A stretch of 56,812 nt of DNA, the filler included, from Basidiobolus ranarum (Eukaryota), in the NCBI GenBank assembly GCA_040143965.1. It is 2 parts of 2 records of this genome, joined end to end, with 100 filler letters (N's around TTAATTAATTAA, not from the genome) between each part and the next. Parts side by side here need not be neighbours in the genome. Positions count along the whole stretch, not along the records: positions 1 to 28,427 come from JASJQH010006991.1; 1 more part is not named here. One strand, written 5' to 3'. Shown one piece after another: positions 12,501 through 23,759 of the stretch. Under the pieces are notes generated by a model. It had not been told where the DNA came from and did not search any database. It was given only the letters and a program-made list of their open reading frames with translations. Numbering within the stretch: the first letter of the stretch is position 1; each line of letters starts with the position of its first letter. A program made the position numbers and the translations under genes.

Positions 12501-13651
12501 AGGTAGCATCTTCCAGTACTGTGAGCGGGTTGCCCTGGTGCGAATCTCTCTGTTGATGAAACTGTTAGTAAACTAATATTCTATGTGAGTTGTCAAGCAT
12601 AGACTTACCTTAAACAAAATGACATCGCATCAATCTAAAATATAGCTTATCAATACATGATGTACAGAAGGAACAAATTTACAATAAACTTCTTACAAAT
12701 GGATGAATTGTTGCATCTTTGGACTCTAACAAACCAAAATCAAAGCCGAACCCAACCCGACCAATTGTTTCGAATGCTATATGTAAATTAGGTCAAAAAC
12801 AGTGATCGTGACCTTTATCACACGTGGATCAACTTACTGATTTTTGTCATCCATGGAGAAATTAAAACAGGCTCAGGCTCGGAACTAATCGCCTCAATAA
12901 CATTCACCAGTTTCTTCGCAAGCATTGCCATTTCGTTACCATAAGCCTATACATAAAATTTAGTATTAGCTGGCAGTTGTATGTGACTTTGTAAATTCTC
13001 AGCTACCTTCATCGCCGTAGCAGAAAAGGCCGGAATCAATAATTTGTGACCGAGCTTCCATATCTCTTCGTCAGAACTTGTGGTAAACAATCCATCGCCA
13101 CCAATCGCTTTAACTTCGGCAAATGGTAGTGTGATTTTCTTGGTGAAGTATTCGCTTTCTTGAGCGAATAACTCGGCTATATCTGGATGATTGGTTACAA
13201 GGGACCTTGTTTGGAAATTATACATTTGCAGTAATGGCGAATCAAATTCCTTGAAAAATTTTGATATTGATCCCACAATATCTGGAAGTAGGTGGGGTAG
13301 TGTGCCAAATAAGGGAACTGTCGGAGGTGTTGCAATTTCACGACCAGTAGAACCACTGATGATCACGTAGACAGTATCCTGGAACGCCAGGTGCTCATAT
13401 GAGTTAATCGTCTCACCATTTTTATCCTGGAATTCAATATCTTCATGTCTGGGGATGTTCATCCTTTCTCCACATTCCCTTCTGACATCTTCTAAGCTAC
13501 CGTCCGGCTGGATCCTCACGATTATTCCATTTGTAGTCTCGTCCTCACCAGAAAATGCGACAACAATGATTTTGGACTCTACTAACGAGCATTGATCATC
13601 TTGTATAGCGCTAAAGCTATTAGTTGGGATGCTTGAGCGGGATTCTGTCAT
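9509..13651 (-). CDS. Self-sufficient cytochrome P450/NADPH-P450 reductase fusion (CYP102/CYP505-like architecture), multi-exon
   Basis: [10 protein letters not shown] (I-helix), [22 protein letters not shown] heme motif, then flavodoxin ([14 protein letters not shown]), [18 protein letters not shown] and C-terminal DVWG. Exons join through canonical GT-AG introns. Confidence 0.93.
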
Positions 13652-15002
13652 GAGAGAAGCGTATGTACTCGGTTTGTGCCTAGACTACAAGTGGCGATTG
13701 GCCTATTTATATAAATTCAGCCTCAATGTATGCTATCAAAAACCAAGTGAAAATCCATACCAACTCGAACAAATAGAGAAGCAAAAGGCGCTACAGATAG
13801 AACCAATGCCGAGAGTGTGGCTCATGATCATCCCAATATTGGCACCTAAATTCTGAGCATCCCCGACAACCCCGAGATACGTTTCGACACGTTTACGAAG
13901 TATAACTGCACATTCCAGTTGCTCGGGCAAACTTCCGTGATAACCGACAAAATATAAACATACTCAATTAGTAACTTCGATTGGGGCACGCGTACAGAAA
14001 TATGGATACTTTCGCTTCGTTCCATTATGATACTGCTGGTTAATGGATGTATTCCGGAATAAGGCATAACTATACCAAAATCAACCATGAATCAAATTAC
14101 TGACTGCATATCGTGTGACAAATTTATAGGATAAGATTCAATCTAAGCCTTACTCTACTGAGTTTCGCAAAGGTCAAAAGTGAAAATATTCGGATGAAAG
14201 GAAAGTATTGCGATAGTGGATTACTCATTGTATATGTAACTATTATCATAGATATACGCCAAATATAGATTATATGTCGATATCTCTGATATTTTGACGG
14301 TTTAGCTGAAGTACCTATATCTGCCATGAGATGCTTTCTTTATCAAAAAACTTCTACTCCAAGCAGCCATTGGTGAGTGATGATTCTGAAAATACGACCA
14401 GTCATCGAAACATGGATGAAATTTTCTAAGCCGCTGCAACACATATTTGGCAATCCGAAACACACATGTTATGCAACTAATCAGAAACCATGATAAAGTT
14501 AGTCACCATATGCAGAATATCGCTGTTTTCACTAAGATAAGAAGTCCAATCAGCGAGGTAATTAGATTGTCTTCATTGTAATCCAGTTTTTTATGAGCCT
14601 TAGATTACCATTGCCGTTGAGAATCTTTTTGACTGTCTTTCGATCGATGGTGTCCGATCCAGACTACAGTGATGGTCTGTGTGGTGAACTGTAGCTCCTT
14701 TGAAATAGTAAAATGTACTAAAAGTCCCATGAAAGCTGATTGGTGGATATCTGGGGTCGCATTTCCTAATTTGGAGCTACACTCTTGTACTCTAATTAAA
14801 GCGATCGAAATCAAGATTAGTATATGCTGATGCCGATGCTTCAATCCCGCGATTAAATATTACTGAAAGTTTTGGATAAAAGGAAAGATGTCCTTATTAT
14901 TCTAAACAATTCTCAACCCTCAATCTCCTTTCACTTCCTCTCCCCTGTGATTGTCAACGTAACCATCAGAATCATATTATCCAGAGGTTAAACTCAACAG
15001 AT

Positions 15003-16256
15003 ATGGTCAACAAATTGGAAGTTAGCAACCTTCAAAGCTCACTTGCCAAGGCATATACTTGTTTGAATTATTTGACTTGCTATCACTGCCAGCATTACTT
15101 TACCAATCCTATTACTCTTCCTTGTGGACACTCTATTTGTTCTGCATGTCTCTCACCCGGAGACAACCAATTTGTTAAGTTACAGCCAAGTCTAATTACA
15201 CATTGTCCCTTTCCAAAGTGCTGTAGCTCCAATGTTGATGTATCTACGATCCAAGTGGATGTAACTCTGTCAAAAATTCTTCAAGCTTGCTTAAAGGGCT
15301 ACGATCAACTTCAATTCCAGCTTCACCAAGACAAGGTTACTTCGAGTTTATCCACAGATTTCTTAGAAAACATACAATCGGAGTTCGAATGTCATATTTG
15401 TTACATGGTTTTATACGAACCAATCACTACTGCATGCGGGCACACTTTTTGTAAAGAGTGTATATTGCGCACTATAGATCATTCTAATAACTGTCCTACC
15501 TGTCGAAGTACTCTCACTTTCTCACAAGTTTGCGACCGATCGACCAACCATATAATTCGCCATTTAACAGAAACATTTTTTTCCGAATCACTACTTAAAC
15601 GAGCAGAACACTCACAAAAGGAAGTAGATATTTATGAGTCTGTTCCTATACTGGTCGGAGGTTTGGCGTTTCCGCTTATATCATATTCCCTTCATATCTT
15701 CGAACCATCTTATCGACTTATGATCAGGAGATGCTTAGAGACAGAGAGAAAGCAGTTTGGCATGGTTTCACGAAACAATTCTGGTGCACTATCAGAGTAT
15801 GGAACTTTAGTCCAAATTAAATCTGCTCAAAGTCTACCAGATGGAAGATTTTTGATTCAAGTTGAAGGATTAAATAGATTTAAAATATCGAATCATTCAA
15901 ACCAGGAAGGATACTACGAAGCAAAAATTGAGTTGATCGAAGACGACATTTCTTTATCCGAAAAAGATGTTGAGGAGAACTCAGTGGAAGAGATGATGCA
16001 GGCGGTGAAGGACTTCGTTGATTCATTAGGTAAAGGCTATCCACAACTATTGGCTCAACTGAAGCAATTATATGGACCTACTCCACAGGCTCTTATTCCG
16101 TTTTCTTACTGGGCATCATGTGTGATTCCTATTAATGATCAAGAAAAGTACAAGTTATTATGTATAGACGACGCAAGGATACGCTTATCGATGATAGTAC
16201 GCTGGATTGAGAGTGCTCGAAAGCAATGGGGATTTGTAAGCTGCTCCGTTATGTAA
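15003..16256 (+). CDS. CrgA/LONRF-like double RING finger + LON N-terminal domain E3 ligase, copy 1
   Basis: Two RING motifs (CYHC..CGH..CSAC; CHIC..CGHTFCKEC..CPTCR), LHIFEPSYRLMIRRC LON substrate-binding domain, C-terminal CaaX CSVM; intronless. Confidence 0.9.
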   Translation: MVNKLEVSNLQSSLAKAYTCLNYLTCYHCQHYFTNPITLPCGHSICSACLSPGDNQFVKLQPSLITHCPFPKCCSSNVDVSTIQVDVTLSKILQACLKGYDQLQFQLHQDKVTSSLSTDFLENIQSEFECHICYMVLYEPITTACGHTFCKECILRTIDHSNNCPTCRSTLTFSQVCDRSTNHIIRHLTETFFSESLLKRAEHSQKEVDIYESVPILVGGLAFPLISYSLHIFEPSYRLMIRRCLETERKQFGMVSRNNSGALSEYGTLVQIKSAQSLPDGRFLIQVEGLNRFKISNHSNQEGYYEAKIELIEDDISLSEKDVEENSVEEMMQAVKDFVDSLGKGYPQLLAQLKQLYGPTPQALIPFSYWASCVIPINDQEKYKLLCIDDARIRLSMIVRWIESARKQWGFVSCSVM

Positions 16257-17385
16257 AATTATCCTTTCTACCGCTCAAAAACCCCCTTTTGTAATATGTA
16301 CTTATAGCTGAATATTAGACTCTACCTCCATTATTGCACTTCCTGTAGAAAAGTGAATTTGGGATACCATCAGTTATGATCATTTCTCTTTTCTACAAAA
16401 AGCAAATATACACCTTAACCCTATTGAACCTCTATCGAGTGCAAGTTCGAATCAAAACAAAGTTAGCTAGACGCATCACATCCCATGATATACACATCAC
16501 ATGATAGTTGCTCATTTTATACCTATTAAATCTATTTGGCAGTCTAATCGAGTTATTAGTATACTTTGAAGTATGGCGTTGAATTCGATCTGGGGAGATG
16601 TCACAAGTAAATAGTAAATAATAAAGTGTTTAATACTTAACGCATGCACACAACTTGGCCTGTGCTAATTAGGAGTATTTGTGTCAAATCGCTTATAATC
16701 TACATTTATACCAAGGGGTATACATTTTAGCGCTAAAATTCCCTTGACAATGATATTAGCCCTCAGTACTGTAAACCGTTTGGATCGTTGTTTGCAGTCC
16801 TCGATGGAAGATACGAACAAGTGGAACTTCAGTTGCTCACCAGATAGACATTACGTGGAAGATGAAAACTAACCATCACATATATCTTCAACCTGATGAC
16901 AAGTTGATTAAGCGGCACTAATAAGAAGTGTCACGATCCATCCGATTCACTTCATGTTTACTGGATTAGGTAATTCGTGGTAGCATAACTGAGCATAAGA
17001 TGTGACTAATGATCGAATGTTCGTAGGTAGTTATGCGATTGTAAGCGCATACCAACCTTCCCCTCACTTGATCTGATATTATACTAATCGAGTGATACAC
17101 CGTTAACATATTTAAGTATTACATTCCTTCTGGTATGAATCGATTCCTAGTTCTTAGATTCGATCTCTTGGTGGCTCTTGCTTTATAAAGAGCACTTCTG
17201 CTTATATTTGGTTGAGCCATTAAAGTAAAGAATCACCACACAAATTATCTACCTTTTAAATATATCTTTGCTTATCTAGTCAGTTACAGGATTTCAGTTG
17301 ACTTCGAATTTATAAGTTAAAGAAGACCTTATTCGGATTGAACCTACACTATTTACCGAAAATCTCAACAGCAGCTCAACTAAAC

Positions 17386-18750
17386 ATGTCACAACAGCCC
17401 ACAAGTTCGAATTCACAAGATAGCCTTTCATTCTCTCTTAATAATGCTTTAAAAGCTTTGACCTGTGCAAGCTGCAATGGGCCGTTTAATCAACCAGTCA
17501 CTCTAAGCTGCGGTAATACTCTCTGTCTAACCTGTCTACCAGAAATCATTGATGACACTTGCAACGCTCCATGTTGTATGGCCAAACATTACAGCACCAC
17601 GGAAACGCACGTAGATGTTACCTTGGCGAAGCTGACCAAGATATGTCTCGATGAAATTGAGTCTAACAAGATCATACCAGAAGAATGTGAGCAGTCAACA
17701 TCCAATAAGAATATGGAAACTTATACCGAAGATATAAGTAAACGAGTTCTAGGAAACTCCGAAATCCACCGGACGGCACTTAAAGATGTTCTATCTCTGG
17801 AATTCGAGTGTCAAATATGCTATCAGATATTTCATGATCCTGTAACCACTGAATGCGGACACACATTTTGCTATAGTTGTCTCTTACGTACATGTGATCA
17901 TCGTGACAGTTGCCCAATGTGTAGACACCGATTGATATACAACAAAGTGAGTCAATCTGTCATCAACAATTCGCTGAACAGACTGGTAAGCCTATGTTTA
18001 CCCGAAGTCGTATTAGAACGTAAACTCCAGGTTGATCAGGAGTTAGCTAATGAAAACAATGATATCCCATTATTTGTTTGCTCTTTAGTATTCCCTGGAA
18101 TGCCATGTCAACTTCACGTATTTGAACCCAGATATCGCTTGATGATTCGAAGGAGTATGGAGACCAAGGCACGTCAATTCGGTATGCTACTTCCTGGTAA
18201 ACATGGCCAACCATTCGTTGAGTACGGAACTATGGTGAGAATCAAGTCAGTTGATTCTTTACCGGATGGTAGATCTTTAGTAAAAACCGTTGGTATGTAT
18301 AGATTTAGAGTTAAAGAACACTCCAATAAAGACGGTTATTTGGTTGGAAGAATTGAACGTATTGTGGACGAGCCAACTACGGAGAATATCACCTTGCGGC
18401 TGCAACCTGTCAATCCAGATATTGTAACTTCCACCACTGAGCTGGTGGCAGAAGATTCAGCTATCAGTTTAGAGGAGATGATGATTACAGTGAAGCAGTT
18501 CATAAACTCGCTCAGGGATGGGTCAGCCCCATGGTTGTTACAAAGACTAGACACCACATATGGGAGCATGCCAAATCAACCAGAAGAATTTTCGTTTTGG
18601 GCTGCCAGTGTGATACCAATAGGCGAATATGAGAAATACAAACTACTAACTACGAGGAGTACCAAATTACGACTAAGAATGATAGTTCATTGGACCGAAT
18701 CGTTTAAAGAGCAATGGTGGTTTGCACGTGGTGGATGTGTAACCACATAG
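17386..18750 (+). CDS. CrgA/LONRF-like double RING finger + LON N-terminal domain E3 ligase, copy 2
   Basis: Same architecture (CQIC..CGHTFCYSC..CPMCR; LHVFEPRYRLMIRR), ends CVTT; intronless. Confidence 0.9.
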   Translation: MSQQPTSSNSQDSLSFSLNNALKALTCASCNGPFNQPVTLSCGNTLCLTCLPEIIDDTCNAPCCMAKHYSTTETHVDVTLAKLTKICLDEIESNKIIPEECEQSTSNKNMETYTEDISKRVLGNSEIHRTALKDVLSLEFECQICYQIFHDPVTTECGHTFCYSCLLRTCDHRDSCPMCRHRLIYNKVSQSVINNSLNRLVSLCLPEVVLERKLQVDQELANENNDIPLFVCSLVFPGMPCQLHVFEPRYRLMIRRSMETKARQFGMLLPGKHGQPFVEYGTMVRIKSVDSLPDGRSLVKTVGMYRFRVKEHSNKDGYLVGRIERIVDEPTTENITLRLQPVNPDIVTSTTELVAEDSAISLEEMMITVKQFINSLRDGSAPWLLQRLDTTYGSMPNQPEEFSFWAASVIPIGEYEKYKLLTTRSTKLRLRMIVHWTESFKEQWWFARGGCVTT

Positions 18751-19095
18751 TATTCCGCATCCTTCTCTTGGTAACCTTTATCCATTATTTATTTCCCACA
18801 CTAGTATAACTCAGGCTTTCGCATCGTATACATTGCCATGGGTATCTACAGTATAAGGAATTTTTCGCTTTCACAATCCAGTTGATCCCAAAATAAAAAC
18901 CCCCATCAAATGATTTTGATATTAAGCAGACATTGCAACTATCCATATCGTAGCTATTTCTAATTATTGAGACAAAAAAATTCAGGGTTTATGTAAGTTG
19001 ATAAATATAAGTATTTACATTAGGAATCGTATCATCAGATTCAATCACTATTTGGTTCATTCAGAAACTACTTGCCTAGTAACTTTTACTCAACG

Positions 19096-20988
19096 TTACT
19101 CCAAATGCAACATCTCCAACGATTCGATTATCATATCCATCTCTTCCCTGACAGCTCTTTGCTCTGCACTACTGTGATCTAGACTAGAAATGGGTTCAGG
19201 AGATATCCTCAAGGAACTAAACGTTGGAACGACCTGGAAATCGAGCCCCGTTTGTTGTTGTGTAGGTAAAACTGATTTTGGCTCAATGTGTGGAACTTGA
19301 TTGCAAATTATAGGTAAAACAGTGTCTGTCTCAAGGGACCCGTGCTCCAGTGAGTTACCTAATCTATGGAGTCCCGAAATAAGATTTAGTTGCTTTAAGA
19401 ACTCAAGAGTTTTCTGTTGAATCATTTGTGAAAGACGAGTGTTTTCACACTGAAGGTGTGAATATGTGGCATTGAGATCTTGGAAATCTAAGCTATTGCA
19501 ATCAAGCGCCTCTGTTTGCAAATTGGTGCCAGTTGCATCACTGTTGCTCTGACGTTTACCGTTACTCTTCTGTAACTCTTGAATGGCGTTGGGGTTTTTA
19601 CAATCTTCACAACGAATCGTATCAATTGCTTTCTTCTCAGCACTTAGTGGCGGTAATGGTGCATTGGATGCCGCAAATAACTTGACTCTTCGTAATTCTT
19701 CGTCTTTTTTTCTCAGCTCTTCCATTAATTCATCTCGTTGGGTTGTGATCTCTTCTAACTCAAGCTGTAGCGCAGTTCCATTCTCTTCCAGTTCAATCAA
19801 GTTCTCTTGAATTTTGAAAAGTTCTTTTTGTGTGTGATGCAAATTATCCATTACTACCTCAACATCAGCTTCCCGAATATGTGAATAGCGTGATCGTGAT
19901 GTTAACGGATCTACCGCATTGGATTGACAAGAAAGAGACAAATGATTCCGCACTTCCTCATCTTCCAATGAAAATGGTGACTCGGTCAGAACCCTTTGAC
20001 TCTTCGTGCTGTTGTCACAATTCTCTTGAAAATAATCTTCATAATCAGAATTTCTGCTTGAAAGTGATGAAGACCGTCCGCTTACTTCTTCGGATTCGTT
20101 TAATTCTCCTTGGTCATATACATTCGAGGTATCAAGTTGATTAGCTAGTTGCTCGTGTTTAGTTTGAAGTTCGAGGATTTTATCGACCATTTGGTGACTC
20201 TCATTTATCAGATTCACCACTTTATAGATGAACTTATCGAGGGTAAATTTGGCAGTGGTACTTTCTGAAAGCCCTTTATCTTCTTCATTCTGGTTCGATT
20301 GAAGAAAGAAATCAGGTATTTGAGAGTGTAAATGGCGTAACAAATTGGTAGTCTCTTCGTTCAACTGTTGTAAATGATCGATATCTTGAATGGACTCCAT
20401 AAGTTGATTTTGAAGCACTTGAATAAGCTCCTCTTTATCTCGAAGTATCGCAACCTCCTGTTCCTGCTTAACTTGAAGTTGTGCTAATTGAACTTCAACC
20501 TCTTCTCTTCTATGTCGTTCTTTTTCTGCTTCTCGTTTGTGTCGTTCTTTTTCTAGAAGTGCTGCTTGTAAGGTTTTTTGCACTAAGCTTCTTATGTCTA
20601 TACTAGAAGTAGAATTCTTTTCAAGTAATTTTGTTTCCAATTGGTTCACCTTTGCACGATATTTTTCCAATTCTTGACGTAACTTCCTATTTTCATCTGA
20701 ATAGTCGTCAGGATACGAATGGGTGTCTTGCCAACATTCTTGCTGGTCAAGGTCAGGATTCCTGGGAGATACTGAGCTAGCAGATATGAGTGAATGAGAA
20801 GAAGAAAGCAACGAAGGAGGTGAAGACACTTTAGAGTCACCCTCTACAATGCGTTGTTCAGAAGACTTGGCTTCAGTCGAGGCCTCTAGGGAAGGTGATA
20901 TATTAGTGTCAACCTCAATGTGGGTCATTAGAGATTCATCACTCGTTTGAAGAAAGATAAATGAAAGATAAAATATATCAGATAGCAA
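19096..20988 (-). CDS. Long coiled-coil protein of unknown function; 5' end uncertain (first ATG at 20928)
   Basis: 630-codon open frame rich in E/Q/L/K heptads with Ser-rich linkers. Confidence 0.7.
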   Translation of the reverse strand: MLSDIFYLSFIFLQTSDESLMTHIEVDTNISPSLEASTEAKSSEQRIVEGDSKVSSPPSLLSSSHSLISASSVSPRNPDLDQQECWQDTHSYPDDYSDENRKLRQELEKYRAKVNQLETKLLEKNSTSSIDIRSLVQKTLQAALLEKERHKREAEKERHRREEVEVQLAQLQVKQEQEVAILRDKEELIQVLQNQLMESIQDIDHLQQLNEETTNLLRHLHSQIPDFFLQSNQNEEDKGLSESTTAKFTLDKFIYKVVNLINESHQMVDKILELQTKHEQLANQLDTSNVYDQGELNESEEVSGRSSSLSSRNSDYEDYFQENCDNSTKSQRVLTESPFSLEDEEVRNHLSLSCQSNAVDPLTSRSRYSHIREADVEVVMDNLHHTQKELFKIQENLIELEENGTALQLELEEITTQRDELMEELRKKDEELRRVKLFAASNAPLPPLSAEKKAIDTIRCEDCKNPNAIQELQKSNGKRQSNSDATGTNLQTEALDCNSLDFQDLNATYSHLQCENTRLSQMIQQKTLEFLKQLNLISGLHRLGNSLEHGSLETDTVLPIICNQVPHIEPKSVLPTQQQTGLDFQVVPTFSSLRISPEPISSLDHSSAEQRAVREEMDMIIESLEMLHLE

Positions 20989-21977
20989 TTATCCTTCACA
21001 AACCCCCAAAATTATATAGCATATAATGTTATTCGAACCAGTGCCGAGTTTCCAATCGGCATCCTGACTAGCATTTACCTTAATTCCCTTATATCATAGG
21101 TAAATAAGTATACTATTGGCAACTTGAATTAACATATTTACCAGCTGAGATCCACCCTTTCTTAATATGTCGATAAAATAGATTCTCAACCAAAAGACGG
21201 TATAATGCTTGTCTATTCGAACGTTTCATTATACAAAATCCATAATTGGTCAGTCTATGATAATCGCAGTTGATTCGTCAGAACAAGGATTCATTACAAT
21301 GATAATTGCATGGGTTTATATAGCATATAGTTTTCATGTATTCTATAGAGTATGTCTTGTAGTGTTCATAAAGCAAAGTCTTGAGTTAAAGAGTCTCTAG
21401 CTTCACGTCCCAGGTTCGAAAGTGATGAATTCGTAACAGGGCCAGTCGTAGGAGGAGCATCATGGTTTTGGGGTAAAAAGTCATTCCTGGCACAACCTTG
21501 ATTTTTTTCACCAGTGTTCTCTGCTTTCACCAAGTTGGTTCTGGATCGAACTGGTTTCAATGCAGAACATTCTGATATAACTCTGGTAAATTATACCAGT
21601 CACTGTGGAACATTACGGCGATCGATCTTGAATTGACGATTTGAGGTTTATTACCTACATTGAAGTCCAGTCCAGAGTTGAGTTACAAATCTTTCGCTTT
21701 TATTGAATGAATTCACTTCGATGCGTAATGAATAGTGTCCGTGGGTAATGTTCAACATAACGTGTATATAAGCAGTAAAATGGATAAAAATTATTTGAGA
21801 GCTGACATTAATTACATTAGAAATACAATTTGGTTGTGTGTGTGCGCGGTAAACATTAAAGACGTTGGAGCTGATGGTGAAGACAGTTGTTAGAAGAAGA
21901 AATTAGACAATGAAATCCATCTACGGAACAGACTTTTGTCACGTGGAGATTAACTCCGTCATCTTTAGGTATTGTGT

Positions 21978-22969
21978 CTACCTTGGGCAAATCAACCTAA
22001 CTTCATCTTCTTTCTCCTGCCAATTCCCACATTCTACATTTTTATCCTTATTTCTCTTCTTGCCCAAGACACTGATCAAGAAAGGTACCGCTGATATCAA
22101 GAGCAACTTCCCTACGAACCATATGTTTAATATATCCGCCATGGATTCCACTTCAGAGAGCATCTGTCCCGCCTCAACAGTAACAAGGTTATATGGAGTG
22201 ACGCCTAACATACAGGTCACGAAGAAAACCCATACAGGTACGCCAACGAAAGGTGAGACAATATTGATAAGCCTAGAGCGAATACGAGGGTTAGTGTCAA
22301 TATCTCACTTTATACATATAGATACAATAACTATACATACCAATACGGTGAGAGGGGGAAAAGTCGAATGGTTAATAGGTAGAGAAACAGGGAAGAACGA
22401 TTGTTTTCGATTTGCGCCCGAATCTGAGACATATGATTTGGTATGTAGTACTCCAGAAGATCAGCACCAGCCAAATAAAATATGTAATAACACAGAGTAG
22501 AGCCTAATGCGGTAAGAAAGCACAACAAAGGAATGCTGGACATTCCATAAAGCGCTCCAGCAATTAGATTCTATTAGAGAAGGGGGTTTATGTTATTATT
22601 ATCCCAACTGGGGTTCACGTTTTATAGAATGAATACCAGAAAGATGGATCCAGGAACGCAGAACGTCTGCTTCCATAAGTAGAGAAGGGAAAAAATGATA
22701 AGTATCTTATGATTGCCCTCCTCAATCGTTTCTGTGTATTCCTTCAGCACTCTGACATCGTATTTTGCATCCTCGATTGTTGATGGAAGTCGAAGTCCGG
22801 GAATAGTTGTGACCAACCAAAGAATTCCAACTACGCTCAAAATGGCCAAACAGACAATACATGCTACGCGAGCTATTACACTCCTGTTGTGGAATCCAGA
22901 CGTGAAGTCCGAAGAACTAGAGTCGATATCGGTTTCAACGGTATTGGCACGATGAAAAATGACACTCAT
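21978..22969 (-). CDS. VTT/DedA-family (TMEM41-like, SNARE-associated Golgi protein) membrane protein, two introns
   Basis: LYLWKQTFCVPGSIFL|NLIAGALYG, IRLFPLSPYW|LINIVSP, GVTPYN motifs. Confidence 0.88.
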
Positions 22970-23598
22970 TTTGCTGACAGAATAGTTTACACAATATCTG
23001 TCACAAAATATGAAGCAGTAAAGAGATAACGACTGAAGGTCGGATTCACGGATTGAGGAAGGAAATGATTTTAGTGCAGCAAAAATGGCTTATTTAAGTA
23101 AATATTAGCGTGATTAATCGTTTTGAAGGCACAAATCGCATCCGATCAATCACGAAAAGTCTGGGCATGAGAGATAACCAGCACAAAATTATTCTTCATT
23201 ATTAACCTAGCATTTAGTCTAGATACGAAACAAAATAGTTTCACGCTAGAATCAAATTAATTAGATTCATACTATTAATAGCTGCACTCTAACGTCTGGG
23301 CAACTTCAGGGCTCCACTGGATGTCAACAAGAATCTCTTCCATTACTCATTTATATGTATCACAAGTGTCATAGCACAGCCACTTTGTATTCGCTTTCAA
23401 AGGATAATATTAGTACACGTTTTATGGTCCGTTGTGGGAATGTTCAGCATCGATGTAGCACCTAGGCTCGAAAACCTCTTGTGGCACTATTTCAAGCGTG
23501 CAAGTGTTGCTTGTAACATAAAAACTCAACTGGTTCCATCAAAGGGTTAGAGGTGGAAAAGAAGTATAATTGGTTCATCTATGTATCTTGGAAAGAAA

Positions 23599-23612
23599 AT
23601 ATCACGTGATAT
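23599..23612. promoter_or_regulatory. Palindromic E-box ATATCACGTGATAT (candidate Cbf1-type site) about 150 bp upstream of SFH1
   Basis: Perfect 14-bp palindrome containing TCACGTGA in an intergenic promoter region. Confidence 0.4.
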
Positions 23613-23759
23613 AAGCAATGTTTATCTCGAAATTATTGTGCATTCTATAGATATTGTCAGAAATTTGGGAGCCTTTTACTTAGCCAGAAGTTTGACTTAA
23701 CATTAGAAAAAGGTCTTGGATATAGAAGCACAATTTGTATATTGAATTTCAAAGTTATA

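Noticed and set aside
14690..14781. TGTAGCTCC/GGAGCTACA inverted repeat as a structured ncRNA or MITE
   Set aside because: Only 9 bp of pairing, no TSD or second copy; expected by chance in 57 kb.
21910..22500. 196-aa plus-strand ORF and similar antisense or overlapping ORFs in the track
   Set aside because: Shadow frames opposite well-supported spliced genes (here the TMEM41-like gene) with no independent motifs.
22571..22636. TMEM41-like intron 1 as a U12 intron (animal TMEM41B is a known minor-intron gene)
   Set aside because: Donor GTATTCATT deviates from RTATCCTT and there is no properly placed TCCTTAAC branch site.
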